In this document: positions 18,977 to 27,824 of the stretch, in pieces
Numbering within the stretch: position 1 is the stretch's first letter
Layout: each line of letters begins with the position of its first letter
DNA from: Polyangiaceae bacterium
GTDB taxonomy: Bacteria > Myxococcota_A > Polyangia > Polyangiales > Polyangiaceae
Direction of reading: 5' to 3'
NCBI GenBank assembly: GCA_044222475.1
Contig: JBGANF010000059.1
Coordinates: 1 to 43,213, forward strand
Length of the DNA: 43,213 bases
Translations under genes and position numbers: made by a program
Notes under the pieces: generated by a model
The model's input: the letters and a program-made list of their open reading frames with translations, nothing else
What the model was told of the DNA's origin: nothing
Database searches by the model: none

Positions 18977-19885
18977 CTACTTCCCGACCGCGCCTCGGTA
19001 GACCCAGCCTTCACTCGCAAAGCCGGGTCCGTACTTGATCTTGTACCACCCGTTCTGCGACGTCCCGAGCTGCACCTTGGTGCCCCGCGGCAGTCGTCCC
19101 AAAACGGTACCGGTGTGCGGCGCATCGCGCACGATCGCGACTTCCCACGCGACGACCGCGGTTCCGTCGTCGGCGCTCGGCGTCCCGCCCCCAGTGCCAG
19201 CGGCCGGCGTCGCGGTCCCGGCCGCGCCTTCTTCGACGGTCACGCTGTACGCGACTTGGTACTTCACGTTCTCGTGGTCGACCGCCTTGAGGCTCATCGC
19301 CTTGATGTCGCCCGAGAGGAACGTCTTGTACGCGTCGCCGTCCTTCACCGTCGACGACTTGCCGACGTCGACGTTGACGACCTTGTTCGCGGTGAAGTCC
19401 AAGCTGAGCACGATGCTGAGCTTGCCCTGGTTCTCGAACGCGTTCGGCGCCTGGGCGACCTTCTTGAGCCGCGCCTGCACGATCGGGTCGAGCCCGGCGA
19501 GCCCGCCGCACTCCTTGCCCTTGAGCGTGTCACCCGCCTCGCTCTTGCACGAGAGGATCTGCCCGCGGCTCACCGTGACCTTCAGCGGCAACGGCGCTGC
19601 CGGTGCGGCCGACGCCGACGCGCTCGCGCTCACCTGCGGCGCCATCGAGAGCGCCGCGGGCACCGCGCCGGTCGCCGAAGGGCCGTCCGCGGCGCGACCT
19701 GCCAGCGACGACGAGGCGAGGATGTCCGACGGAACGTTCGGACCGATCTTCACGCCGGCGATCTTGGGCCACGCCACGCCGATCACGAAGCCGATGAGGG
19801 CGAGCACGCCGACCCGCATCCACGAAGGGCGATCCGCACCCTGGGGAGGGATCGAAACACTCATCGGGGCGGCTGCCTTGGCCAT
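18977..19885 (-). CDS. Membrane-anchored protein with C-terminal SH3b domain
   Basis: TM VGVLALIGFVIGVAW; C-terminal VRDAP..G.VLGRL.RGTKV...NGWYKIKY....EGWVY. Confidence 0.8.
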   Translation of the reverse strand: MAKAAAPMSVSIPPQGADRPSWMRVGVLALIGFVIGVAWPKIAGVKIGPNVPSDILASSSLAGRAADGPSATGAVPAALSMAPQVSASASASAAPAAPLPLKVTVSRGQILSCKSEAGDTLKGKECGGLAGLDPIVQARLKKVAQAPNAFENQGKLSIVLSLDFTANKVVNVDVGKSSTVKDGDAYKTFLSGDIKAMSLKAVDHENVKYQVAYSVTVEEGAAGTATPAAGTGGGTPSADDGTAVVAWEVAIVRDAPHTGTVLGRLPRGTKVQLGTSQNGWYKIKYGPGFASEGWVYRGAVGK

Positions 19886-19953
19886 GGTGGGTATTTGTAC
19901 CACATGGCCCCTACGCGGCAAAAAAACCGCGCAAATTCACGGGGTGTGGCTGC

Positions 19954-20475
19954 TCAGGGCTTAACGGTGAACCCGAGCACGAGAATCCCGCCGTCGTAGC
20001 TTTGTCCGGCGACGAAGAACGTCTCGTTCGCCGCGGCGGTGACCTCGAGGAGCTTGAGGAACGCGCCGCCGTTCGGATCGTTGATGGCGGCGGCGATCTT
20101 GAATCGCCCGTCCGCGGTGACGTCCTGCAGCGTGACCTGAAGCACGCGCTTGTTCGGCATCACGTAGGTGACGGCCTTGCCCTTTTCGAGCGCGAGGCCC
20201 TTCCGATCGAGCAGCTTGTACGTGTTGTACGACGAGAACGGCGGCTTCTTGAGCTGCGGGAGGTTTCCGATCTGCGGATCGATCGAGCCGGGGCCAGGCG
20301 CCTGCGTCGCGTGCAGCACCATGATCTCGGCGTTGGCTTTCGCCGCCGGGGTCTGCGCGAACGCGTCGGTCGGTGTGCCGCTCACGAGGCCGAACGTCAG
20401 CCCCAGCGTGCCGAGCACGGCGAGGGCAGCAAAGCGACGTCGAGCGAGGCGCGGGAGTTTCTTGGGCGAAGCCAT
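19954..20475 (-). CDS. Hypothetical secreted protein
   Basis: Signal peptide (RRRF..hydrophobic..AFA); L.KPPFSSYN.Y.LL, FFVAGQ.Y.GGILVLG; in operon with anti-sigma. Confidence 0.75.
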   Translation of the reverse strand: MASPKKLPRLARRRFAALAVLGTLGLTFGLVSGTPTDAFAQTPAAKANAEIMVLHATQAPGPGSIDPQIGNLPQLKKPPFSSYNTYKLLDRKGLALEKGKAVTYVMPNKRVLQVTLQDVTADGRFKIAAAINDPNGGAFLKLLEVTAAANETFFVAGQSYDGGILVLGFTVKP

Positions 20476-20477
20476 GT

Positions 20478-21059
20478 TCAGTTGCCTCCAGAAGCGGAGT
20501 CGTCGATCCACACGACGACACTGGAACTACTCTCGCTCGGTTCGTCGCCGTTGGGAACGTAGAAAACCGAGATGGGACGCGTCGCACTGGCGGTGTCGAC
20601 GCTGTCGACTTGAACGCCGTGAAGCGCAGCGAGCTTCGGGCTCGACGACGTTTCCGTCGGAGCGGTCGCCGCCGTGCCCGTTCCGGCACCGCCGCCGCCA
20701 CTGGGCGGATCGCCGTGGCGCACGTAGAGGAACACCGCCGCGGCCAGCGCGACGAGCGTCGCCCCGACGAACAGCACGCGCGACCGCGACTGCTTCTCGA
20801 TGCGGCGACGATCGAGCTCGTTCGGCTTGATCTTCGCCATCACGCTCTTGGTCACGTCGATCGACGGGGTCCGCGCGATCTCCTTCACGCGCTCGCTGAG
20901 CGCGCCGAACGACGCGCGGAGCTCGCGGGCTTCCGCCGACGACTCGAGCAGCGCTTCGACCTTCGCCGCGGCTTCGCCTTCGAGCTCGCCGTCGACGTAC
21001 GCCATCACGTCGAGCATCTCTTCCTCGGTCAGCGTCATCTTGGCCTTCGCGTCGCTCAT
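20478..21059 (-). CDS. Transmembrane anti-sigma factor (ASD lacking Zn ligands)
   Basis: MAYVDGELE....VEALL; single TM; ATGA-coupled to ECF sigma. Confidence 0.82.
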   Translation of the reverse strand: MSDAKAKMTLTEEEMLDVMAYVDGELEGEAAAKVEALLESSAEARELRASFGALSERVKEIARTPSIDVTKSVMAKIKPNELDRRRIEKQSRSRVLFVGATLVALAAAVFLYVRHGDPPSGGGGAGTGTAATAPTETSSSPKLAALHGVQVDSVDTASATRPISVFYVPNGDEPSESSSSVVVWIDDSASGGN

Positions 21060-21880
21060 GACTCGGCCTCCGCTCCGGAAGGAGCCGACGACGGCGGCGA
21101 CGACTCGGGCGCCGGCTCACCGACCTGCTCTTTGTAGCAGTCGACGAGGGCGCGCTGGAGTTTTTGCCTCGCGTGAAACAGCCGGCTCATGATCGTACCT
21201 TTCGAAACCCCCATGGCTTGCGCCATCTCTTCGTAACTCAGACCTTCGACCTCTCGCATCACGATGACGCCGCGGTGGTAGTCGGGCAGCGCTTGGAGCG
21301 CGGCCTGAAGGCGCTCGGCGATCTCGCCGCGGCGCACCACGTCCGACGGGTCGGCCCCGTCGATTCGGCTCAGGAACGGAAAATCCACTTCGGATGACTC
21401 CTCCGCGTCGTGCCGACCTTCGCTCAGCTCCGCCACCTGTCGGCCCGGTTTGCGGATCAAGTCGATGCTCAAGTTCGTGATGATTCGGTAGAGCCAGGTG
21501 AAGAAGCTCGACTGGCCTTGGAAGGTCGCGAGGTTCTTGTAGACCCTGAGAAACGCGTCTTGAACGAGCTCTCGTGCGTCGTTCTCGTCGCGAACCAACG
21601 AGAGCGCGATCGAAAACGCGCGCCGCTGGTGGCGCTCTACCAGCGCCCTGAATGCTTCTTCATTTCCAGCCTGCGCCTTCTCGATGAGGGCGCGATCCTC
21701 CTCGGCCTCTCGGGCTCTCTGCTCCTTTTGATTGGACGCAGGAGGGGGGGCGGTATTCAGTGGGACTGGAGGCCTTTTCGACGAGATCCGCGGTTCGTCT
21801 CGGGTCGAGGCGGGGGGGTCCTCGGAGGCAGCCGTAGGTCCTGGGACCTTCTTCGGCTTCGCTTCGGGACCTTGGGCCAT
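21056..21880 (-). CDS. ECF sigma-70 factor (RpoE-like)
   Basis: AF..LVERHQ, DARELVQDAFL..Y..L..FQGQSSFFTWLYRI, GLSYEEMA..MGVSKGTIMSRLFHAR. Confidence 0.93.
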   Translation of the reverse strand: MAQGPEAKPKKVPGPTAASEDPPASTRDEPRISSKRPPVPLNTAPPPASNQKEQRAREAEEDRALIEKAQAGNEEAFRALVERHQRRAFSIALSLVRDENDARELVQDAFLRVYKNLATFQGQSSFFTWLYRIITNLSIDLIRKPGRQVAELSEGRHDAEESSEVDFPFLSRIDGADPSDVVRRGEIAERLQAALQALPDYHRGVIVMREVEGLSYEEMAQAMGVSKGTIMSRLFHARQKLQRALVDCYKEQVGEPAPESSPPSSAPSGAEAES

Positions 21881-21932
21881 CGCGTTCGGAACGTAGCGCG
21901 GACCGGGACGCAGTCCCAAGTGGTTGTTTGTC

Positions 21933-23093
21933 CTACTTGTGCGTGGCCGACGGGAGGACGGTGAGGGTCACCCGGACGTCGGAGCTCTTGCCCAGGTGGT
22001 TGACCTTCATGGTGACGCTCTTGCCGACGCCGGCGGTGCTCGCCATCCACTGGAGGTCCTTCCCGCGGTCGACCGGCTTGCCGTCGAACGCGACGACCAC
22101 GTCGCCGGGGGCGATGCCGGCCTTGTCGGCCGGGCCGCCGGGGGCGACGTATTCGATGACGGCCCCTTTGTCGCCCTCGACCTTGAGCTCGGTCTTCTCT
22201 TCGGGGGTGAGCTCGCGCACGTCTCGGATGCTGACGCCGATCGCGCTGCGGACGATCTTGCCGTCGCGGAGGAGCGTGGGGACGAGCTGCTTCACCAGGT
22301 TCATCGGGATCGCGAAGCCGATGCCCTGCGCTCCGCCGCCGCGGATCGCGGAGTTGATGCCGACGACCTCGCCCTTGAGGTTGAGGAGCGGTCCGCCCGA
22401 GTTGCCCGGGTTGATCGACGCGTCGGTCTGGAGGAAGTCGTAGTAGCCGCTGGGATCGAGCGGGACGTCTTCTTTCGTGCGGCCCTTGGCGCTCACGATG
22501 CCGGCGCTGACCGTGTGGGCGAGCCCGAAGGGGTTGCCGATGGCGACGACCCAGTCGCCGACCTCGATGACATCGGAGTCGCCGAGGGGCAGCGGCTCGA
22601 TCGAGAGGCCCTTCATGTCGATGCGGACGACCGCGATGTCGGTCGGAGCGTCGCGGCCGATGACGGTCGCCGGGACCTCTTTGTCGTCCGACAGCTTCAC
22701 GCTGATGGTCGTCGCGACGTTGCCGTCGCTCTGCGACACGACGTGGTTGTTCGTCAGGATCGTGCCGTCTTTGTCGATGAGAAAGCCGGTGCCGAGGCCC
22801 TGCGCCTGGCGGCGCCGCGTCTTGCCGCCCCAACCGCTGACGACCTCTTCGCCGACGGTGTTGATCGTGACGACGGCCGCGTCGGCGCCCTTCACGATCG
22901 AGGCGAAGCTCATCGGCGCGCCGTTGGCGAGCGTCGGTGGTGGCACAGGAGTCGTCGGAGGAGGCGGCGCAGCGGTGACCGATGCGCTGGGCGTCGTCCC
23001 CGAGTCGTCGGGCTTCTTGCCGCACGCTCCGGCGCCGAGCGCCAAGACCACGGCGATGAGAGAGAGTCCGACCGACGACCGAGCCAACATCAT
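21933..23093 (-). CDS. HtrA/DegQ-family serine protease with one PDZ domain (lipoprotein)
   Basis: Lipobox AGAC; TNNHVV, DIAV, QTDASINPGNSGGPL; C-terminal PDZ. Confidence 0.93.
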   Translation of the reverse strand: MMLARSSVGLSLIAVVLALGAGACGKKPDDSGTTPSASVTAAPPPPTTPVPPPTLANGAPMSFASIVKGADAAVVTINTVGEEVVSGWGGKTRRRQAQGLGTGFLIDKDGTILTNNHVVSQSDGNVATTISVKLSDDKEVPATVIGRDAPTDIAVVRIDMKGLSIEPLPLGDSDVIEVGDWVVAIGNPFGLAHTVSAGIVSAKGRTKEDVPLDPSGYYDFLQTDASINPGNSGGPLLNLKGEVVGINSAIRGGGAQGIGFAIPMNLVKQLVPTLLRDGKIVRSAIGVSIRDVRELTPEEKTELKVEGDKGAVIEYVAPGGPADKAGIAPGDVVVAFDGKPVDRGKDLQWMASTAGVGKSVTMKVNHLGKSSDVRVTLTVLPSATHK

Positions 23094-23104
23094 TGCTTCA
23101 CTCC

Positions 23105-23377
23105 TTACTTCTTCGGCGGCCCCTTCGAGCGCTCGACGTAGCGCATGCGCAGATCGAACAGGATCTGCGTCATGAGACGTTCTTCGTCGCCGGTGAGGTT
23201 CCCCTTCGTCCGCTCCTCGAGGAGACCGAGGAGGTCGATCGTCTGCTTCGCGAGCGGAAGATTGACCTCGACGGTGCTGTCATCCGGGTGCGGTGCCTCC
23301 CCCAGATGCATGAGCGCGGAGTGGCTCAGGGAGAGGATGAACGTCGCGAAATCGACGGTGGGGAGGGAGTCGGTCAC
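23105..23377 (-). CDS. DUF1844 domain protein
   Basis: F.TFILSL...ALMHLG..P.P......L.LAKQTIDLL.LL.E.TKGNL...E. Confidence 0.88.
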   Translation of the reverse strand: MTDSLPTVDFATFILSLSHSALMHLGEAPHPDDSTVEVNLPLAKQTIDLLGLLEERTKGNLTGDEERLMTQILFDLRMRYVERSKGPPKK

Positions 23378-23380
23378 GGC

Positions 23381-23581
23381 TCAGCCCTCGTCGTCGTCTT
23401 CGTCGTCCGTGTCGCCGTGAGACAGGGCCGGTTGGGCGGTGCCAACGGGCTCGGTGGCCTCGGCGAGGTCGGTCAGCTGCGACATCATCTTGTCCACGTC
23501 CTTCTCGGAGAGCGTTCCGTTCTTCAAGTTGCGCTCGCGGACGCGAATGTCGAGATCCCAGGGGTTCAGCTTGTTGCTCAT
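23381..23581 (-). CDS. Small conserved hypothetical protein with acidic tail
   Basis: LDIRVRERNLKNG.LSEKD...L.DLAE; first gene of the co-directional cluster. Confidence 0.7.
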   Translation of the reverse strand: MSNKLNPWDLDIRVRERNLKNGTLSEKDVDKMMSQLTDLAEATEPVGTAQPALSHGDTDDEDDDEG

Positions 23582-23751
23582 GGGAGCGGGGGTTAGCACG
23601 GAAACCCGGCCGAGGGGAGAACCGTGGGCGGGACCCCCCCATTCCCGGTGCCAACCCTGGAGAGAATTCGAGGGAATGTGGGACGGGAATCGGAATGGGA
23701 ATGCCGGAGGGGCCTTCCGGAATTTGTTAGCCGGCTAGCGCTTCCCGGAGG

Positions 23752-24819
23752 TCAGGTGGGGGCCTGGTAGAGGGCCTCCGGGCGGATGAGCCGGCCTTTG
23801 GCCCGCTGCTCGGCCACGTGGGCGCACCAGCCGGCGACCCGCGCCGCGGCGAATACCGCGGTGAAGTGGGTCCGCGGGATGCCCAACGTGTCGAGGAGCA
23901 CCGCCGTGTAGAACTCGACGTTCGCGTGGAGGGGCCGATCGGGGTAGCGCTGGGCGAGGATCCCGCGGGCCGCCCGCTCGACCGCGCGCGCCAGCGGGAG
24001 CCGGGGAGCGCTGACGCCCGCCTTCTCGAGCTCGAGGGTGGCCCGCTCCAGGATCGCAGCCCGGGGGTCGCGCACCCGGTAGACCCGGTGTCCCATGCCC
24101 ATGATGCGGCGCTTCTGGGACATTTCGCCTTCGATCCAAGGGACGGCGCGATCGGGAGCGCCGATCGCATCCAGCATGTCGAGGACCGGCCCGGGCGCTC
24201 CGCCGTGGAGCGGCCCCTTGAGCGCGCCGATGGCGGCGGTGGCCGCGGACACGAGATCGGACTGCGTCGACGCGACGACGCGGGCGGTGAAGGTCGACGC
24301 GTTCATGCCGTGGTCGGCGACCGTCACGAGGTAGGCGTCGAGCGCGCGGGCGCGGGCGTCGGTCGCCTCGGCGCCGAAGAGGCGCAAGAGGTCGGCCGCG
24401 TGGCCCAGCGTGCGGTCGGGCGCGATCGCGCCCGCTCCACCCCGCGCGTGCGCGGCGGCGAGAACGCCGACGGCGCCGACGAGCCACGTGGGGTTCGTCG
24501 CGAACGCCGGCGGGAGCGCCGCGACGGCGGCGCGAAGGGCGTCCATCGCGTCGGGGAGCGCGAGCGCCGACGCGAGCCGTGGGATCTCGGCGTGGGCGCG
24601 AACGCGACCCTCGGCGATCCCGGCGCGCACCGCGTCGAGTGTCACGTCTCCGCCGGCGGCGACGAGCAGCCGGTGGGTGACCTCCTCGAACGAGGACTTC
24701 CCGGCGAGCGCCTCGACGTCGCTGCCGGCGTAGACGAGCTCGCCCTTCTCGCCGTCGACTCGAGAGAGCCGAGTCGTCGTCACGTGAACGCCTTCGAGGC
24801 CTTCGTACACCGTCGTCAT
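23752..24819 (-). CDS. Citrate synthase / methylcitrate synthase family protein
   Basis: GLEGV, LS.VDGE.GEL.Y.G, DHGMNASTF, GPLHGGAP, GMGHRVYR.RDPRA, NVEFY. Confidence 0.92.
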   Translation of the reverse strand: MTTVYEGLEGVHVTTTRLSRVDGEKGELVYAGSDVEALAGKSSFEEVTHRLLVAAGGDVTLDAVRAGIAEGRVRAHAEIPRLASALALPDAMDALRAAVAALPPAFATNPTWLVGAVGVLAAAHARGGAGAIAPDRTLGHAADLLRLFGAEATDARARALDAYLVTVADHGMNASTFTARVVASTQSDLVSAATAAIGALKGPLHGGAPGPVLDMLDAIGAPDRAVPWIEGEMSQKRRIMGMGHRVYRVRDPRAAILERATLELEKAGVSAPRLPLARAVERAARGILAQRYPDRPLHANVEFYTAVLLDTLGIPRTHFTAVFAAARVAGWCAHVAEQRAKGRLIRPEALYQAPT

Positions 24820-24859
24820 CGCATCACCTCCATGCCCGAGAACCTAGGGCTGGCGGTGG

Positions 24860-24878
24860 ATCAATCCATGTTGATTGA
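24860..24878. promoter_or_regulatory. Putative operator ATCAATCCATGTTGATTGA upstream of citrate synthase
   Basis: AT-rich island with two overlapping palindromes (ATCAA..TTGAT, TCAATC..GATTGA) about 40 nt upstream of the start. Confidence 0.55.
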
Positions 24879-24890
24879 GACGTCCATATA

Positions 24891-25007
24891 GAGAGAAAAC
24901 GCCAGGACGCCAGGACCGCCGGGGCAGAACCTCAAAGAGAGGGTGTCCGCTCTCTTCCTGCTCGGGATCGTCCCTGGCGCGCCTGGCGCCCTGGCGTTCC
25001 TCTTTCC
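24891..25007. repeat. REP/MITE-like palindromic element with triple CGCCAGG arms
   Basis: Left AACGCCAGGACGCCAGGACCGCCGGGG versus right CCCTGGCGCGCCTGGCGCCCTGGCGTT; internal AAGAGAG/CTCTCTT hairpin. Confidence 0.75.
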
Positions 25008-25032
25008 GAGTGACGCATCGACAGCGGGTTCG

Positions 25033-26502
25033 TCAGGAGGGGACCGCGAACGTCCTCTCGTGGTCGTTGCAGATCAGCTGCACCACTTGCCGACCGGACG
25101 CGATCGCCGTCGGCACGCCGCCGCCGGGCTCGACCCACTGGCCCGCGAGGTAGAGCTTCTGAACGTCCGGGACGTGTTTCGGCACATGGCCGAAGAACGA
25201 GTCCGTGCGCGGGAGAAACCCCTCGTACGCGCCGCGCCACGAGCGCGCGTTGCTCCAGAACGTGAGCGGCGTCGCCACGTCGGCGACCTCCATCGAGCGT
25301 CCGAGGCGCGGGAGGAACTCTTCGAGCCGCGCGAGCGTGCGATCCGCGAGGTCTTCCTTCGCCGCCAGGTAGCCCGAGCCGCGCGTCGCCCACCAGTCGT
25401 AGTCCGTGGTCAGGAGCGCCTGAACGACGGTGTGGCCGGCCGGTGCGATGAGCGGATCGTCGTTGAAGATGCGTACGTGCAGCCGCTCGTTGAGCCGTCC
25501 GCCCACCTCGAACGGAGCGATCCCGTCGAAGACGAGGGTCGACGGGATGCCCTCGAGCGGGCTCGCGATGCCGTAGCTCACGAGCGCGATCGGATCGAAG
25601 AGCTTCCACTCGGCCATGCGCCGGCGGAGATCGTCGGCGCCATAGCGACCACCGAGGAGGCGGAGGATCGTCTCGGGCGTGCTCGACGTCGACACGACGG
25701 CGTCCGCCATGACCATGCGACCGTCGGCCAGACGGACGCCGCGCGCGAACCCGTGCTCGACGACGATCTCGTCGACCGTCGTGTGGATCATCGACTCGCC
25801 GCCGAGTCGCTCGTACGTCGCGACGAGCGCGTCGCGGAACTTGCCGCTCCCGCCGTTCGGCCGCGAGAGCCAGCCGCGCCCGAGATACCCGAGCACGAAC
25901 ACCATGACGAGCGCGGGCGCGCCCGGGGGAACGAGCGTGCGGAAGAAGCGCCGGAGGCTCTCGTTCGCGATGTTCACGTACAGCCAGTCCTCGATCGGGC
26001 TGCGGTAGTGGATCAACGCGCCGATCGCGTGGCGGCTGTCCCACACGCGCGACAGCGCCTCGGTCACGCCGGCGAGCTCCGGCGCATCGGCCAGCCCGGG
26101 GTCCATCGTGGAGAGCTCGCGCGCCGCCGCCATGAGTCGACGGATCTCGTCGGCATCGGCGAGCGAGATGGCGATGAGCTCGTGCGCGAGCCGATCGAGA
26201 TCGCGGCTGAGCGAGATCTCGACCCCGGTCTTCACGTCGCGGTAGCGGAAGAACTCGTCGATCGTGTGGAGACCGACCTTGGGGAGGATGCCGAGCTCCG
26301 CGTACAGCTTCGCGAATGGTCCGCCGGTCAGCCACTGGATGCAGCCGTCGATGACGTAGCTTCCTCGGTTCCACGCGGTGCAGACCCCGCCGAGCGCCAA
26401 GTTGTGCTCGACGATCGTCGTCTTGAACCCGCTCGCGCGCGCATAGCAGCCGGCCGAAAGCCCCGCGAGCCCGCCCCCGATGATCACGACGTGTTCGGTC
26501 AT
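25033..26502 (-). CDS. Phytoene desaturase family NAD(P)/FAD-dependent oxidoreductase
   Basis: IIGGGLAGL.AG, GGVCT.W.RG.Y.ID, DVATPLT, LYLAGQWVEPGGGVP. Confidence 0.9.
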   Translation of the reverse strand: MTEHVVIIGGGLAGLSAGCYARASGFKTTIVEHNLALGGVCTAWNRGSYVIDGCIQWLTGGPFAKLYAELGILPKVGLHTIDEFFRYRDVKTGVEISLSRDLDRLAHELIAISLADADEIRRLMAAARELSTMDPGLADAPELAGVTEALSRVWDSRHAIGALIHYRSPIEDWLYVNIANESLRRFFRTLVPPGAPALVMVFVLGYLGRGWLSRPNGGSGKFRDALVATYERLGGESMIHTTVDEIVVEHGFARGVRLADGRMVMADAVVSTSSTPETILRLLGGRYGADDLRRRMAEWKLFDPIALVSYGIASPLEGIPSTLVFDGIAPFEVGGRLNERLHVRIFNDDPLIAPAGHTVVQALLTTDYDWWATRGSGYLAAKEDLADRTLARLEEFLPRLGRSMEVADVATPLTFWSNARSWRGAYEGFLPRTDSFFGHVPKHVPDVQKLYLAGQWVEPGGGVPTAIASGRQVVQLICNDHERTFAVPS

Positions 26503-26627
26503 TGCCTCGACCCAAGCAACGTGCGTACCGCTGGGCTCGGGCCGCACCATCCCGGCCACACCGGCGCGGTCATTGCGTGGCCGCGCACGCCTTGCACCAC
26601 GCCGTCGACACGGGATAGGACGTCGAC

Positions 26628-27824
26628 GTGGTCACCCATGACGCAAGCGACGATCGCTTCGTCTCCGCGGCGGAGGCGGCGCGGTTCCTCGGCGTGCGCA
26701 AGGAGACGCTCTACGCATACGTCAGCCGCGGCATGCTCGGGCGCTACGGCGGACCGCGCTCGCGCGGGAGCCTGTACTCGATGGGCGAGCTCGCGCGTCT
26801 CAAGGCGCGGCACGATGCGCGCGCAGGCCACGGTCCCGTCGCGGCGACGGCGCTGCGGTGGGGCGAGCCGGTCCTCGACTCGGCGATCACCGGCGTCGAC
26901 GCGCGCGGGCCGCGGTACCGCGGACACGTCGCGGTCGATCTCGTTCTTCGCGGCGTCCCGTTCGAGAGCGTGGCCGAGCTCTTGTGGACGAGCGCGCTCC
27001 CCGCGAAGCGGCCGAGCTTCGACGGCGCACGCGTCGGCGCGCGCGCGCGCAACGAGCGCGATCCGTTTCGCGCGTTCGCGCACCTCTTGGGTGTCCTCGC
27101 CGACGGCGATCGCACCGCCGACGTCGACGCACCGGCGCTCACGCTCGAGCGCGCGCGGGCGGCGATCGGAGCGCTCGCGGGCTTCGGCTCCGCCGGCACC
27201 GGGGCGATCGCGTCGCGCCTCGCGCGCGCTCTCGGCGTCGCGCCGACCGAGACGAACCTCGGCGCCATCGACGCAGCGCTGGTCCTCGTCGCCGATCACG
27301 AGCTCAACGCGTCGTCGTTCGCCGCGCGCGTCGCCGCGTCGACGGGGGCGAACCTGCACGCGTGCCTGCTCGCGGCGCTGCACACGGCGAGCGGGCCGCG
27401 TCACGGCGCGGCGAGCGCTCGCGTCGAGGCGCTCCTCGACGAGATCGACGATCGCGGCAGCTTCGCGCGCGCGTTGTCGGATCGCTTGGCGCTCGGCGAC
27501 GCGATCCCCGGGTTCGGTCACCCGCTCTACCCGGGCGGTGACCCGCGAGCGGGGATGCTCTTCGCGCTCGCGAAGAAGATCGCTCCTCGTGATCGCACGC
27601 TCCGCACGCTCGCCGCCGTCGCGGCGAGGGTCGCGCGAGCGCGACGCGAGCTACCCAACGTCGACTCCGGGCTCGTCGTCCTCGCGAGCGCGATCGGCGC
27701 GCCGCGCGGGGCGGCGCAGACGATGTTCGTCCTCGGTCGCGTCGCTGGGTGGGTCGCTCACGTGCTGGAGCAGCGCGCGGCGGGCTTCATTTTGCGGCCG
27801 CGGGCGCGCTACGTTGGACCGTAG
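26628..27824 (+). CDS. Citrate synthase-like protein with N-terminal excisionase-type HTH
   Basis: AAEAARFLGVRKETLYAYVSRG; DHELNASSF, GPRHGAA, GFGHPLY..GDPRA, PNVD. Confidence 0.9.
   Translation: MVTHDASDDRFVSAAEAARFLGVRKETLYAYVSRGMLGRYGGPRSRGSLYSMGELARLKARHDARAGHGPVAATALRWGEPVLDSAITGVDARGPRYRGHVAVDLVLRGVPFESVAELLWTSALPAKRPSFDGARVGARARNERDPFRAFAHLLGVLADGDRTADVDAPALTLERARAAIGALAGFGSAGTGAIASRLARALGVAPTETNLGAIDAALVLVADHELNASSFAARVAASTGANLHACLLAALHTASGPRHGAASARVEALLDEIDDRGSFARALSDRLALGDAIPGFGHPLYPGGDPRAGMLFALAKKIAPRDRTLRTLAAVAARVARARRELPNVDSGLVVLASAIGAPRGAAQTMFVLGRVAGWVAHVLEQRAAGFILRPRARYVGP

Noticed and set aside
18802..19038. Poly-AS, poly-FR and poly-GS ORFs over the arrays (also 14848-15237 and 38382-38729)
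   Set aside because: Translations of the microsatellite with no RBS or domain support
21905..21917. GGGAC-GCA-GTCCC as another copy of the conserved hairpin (also 12558-12571)
   Set aside because: Arms in the opposite order, different loop and no adjacent array; the 12.5-kb one is inside a CDS
25033..26502. crtI carotenoid gene assignment
   Set aside because: Family-level similarity only; no other crt genes nearby
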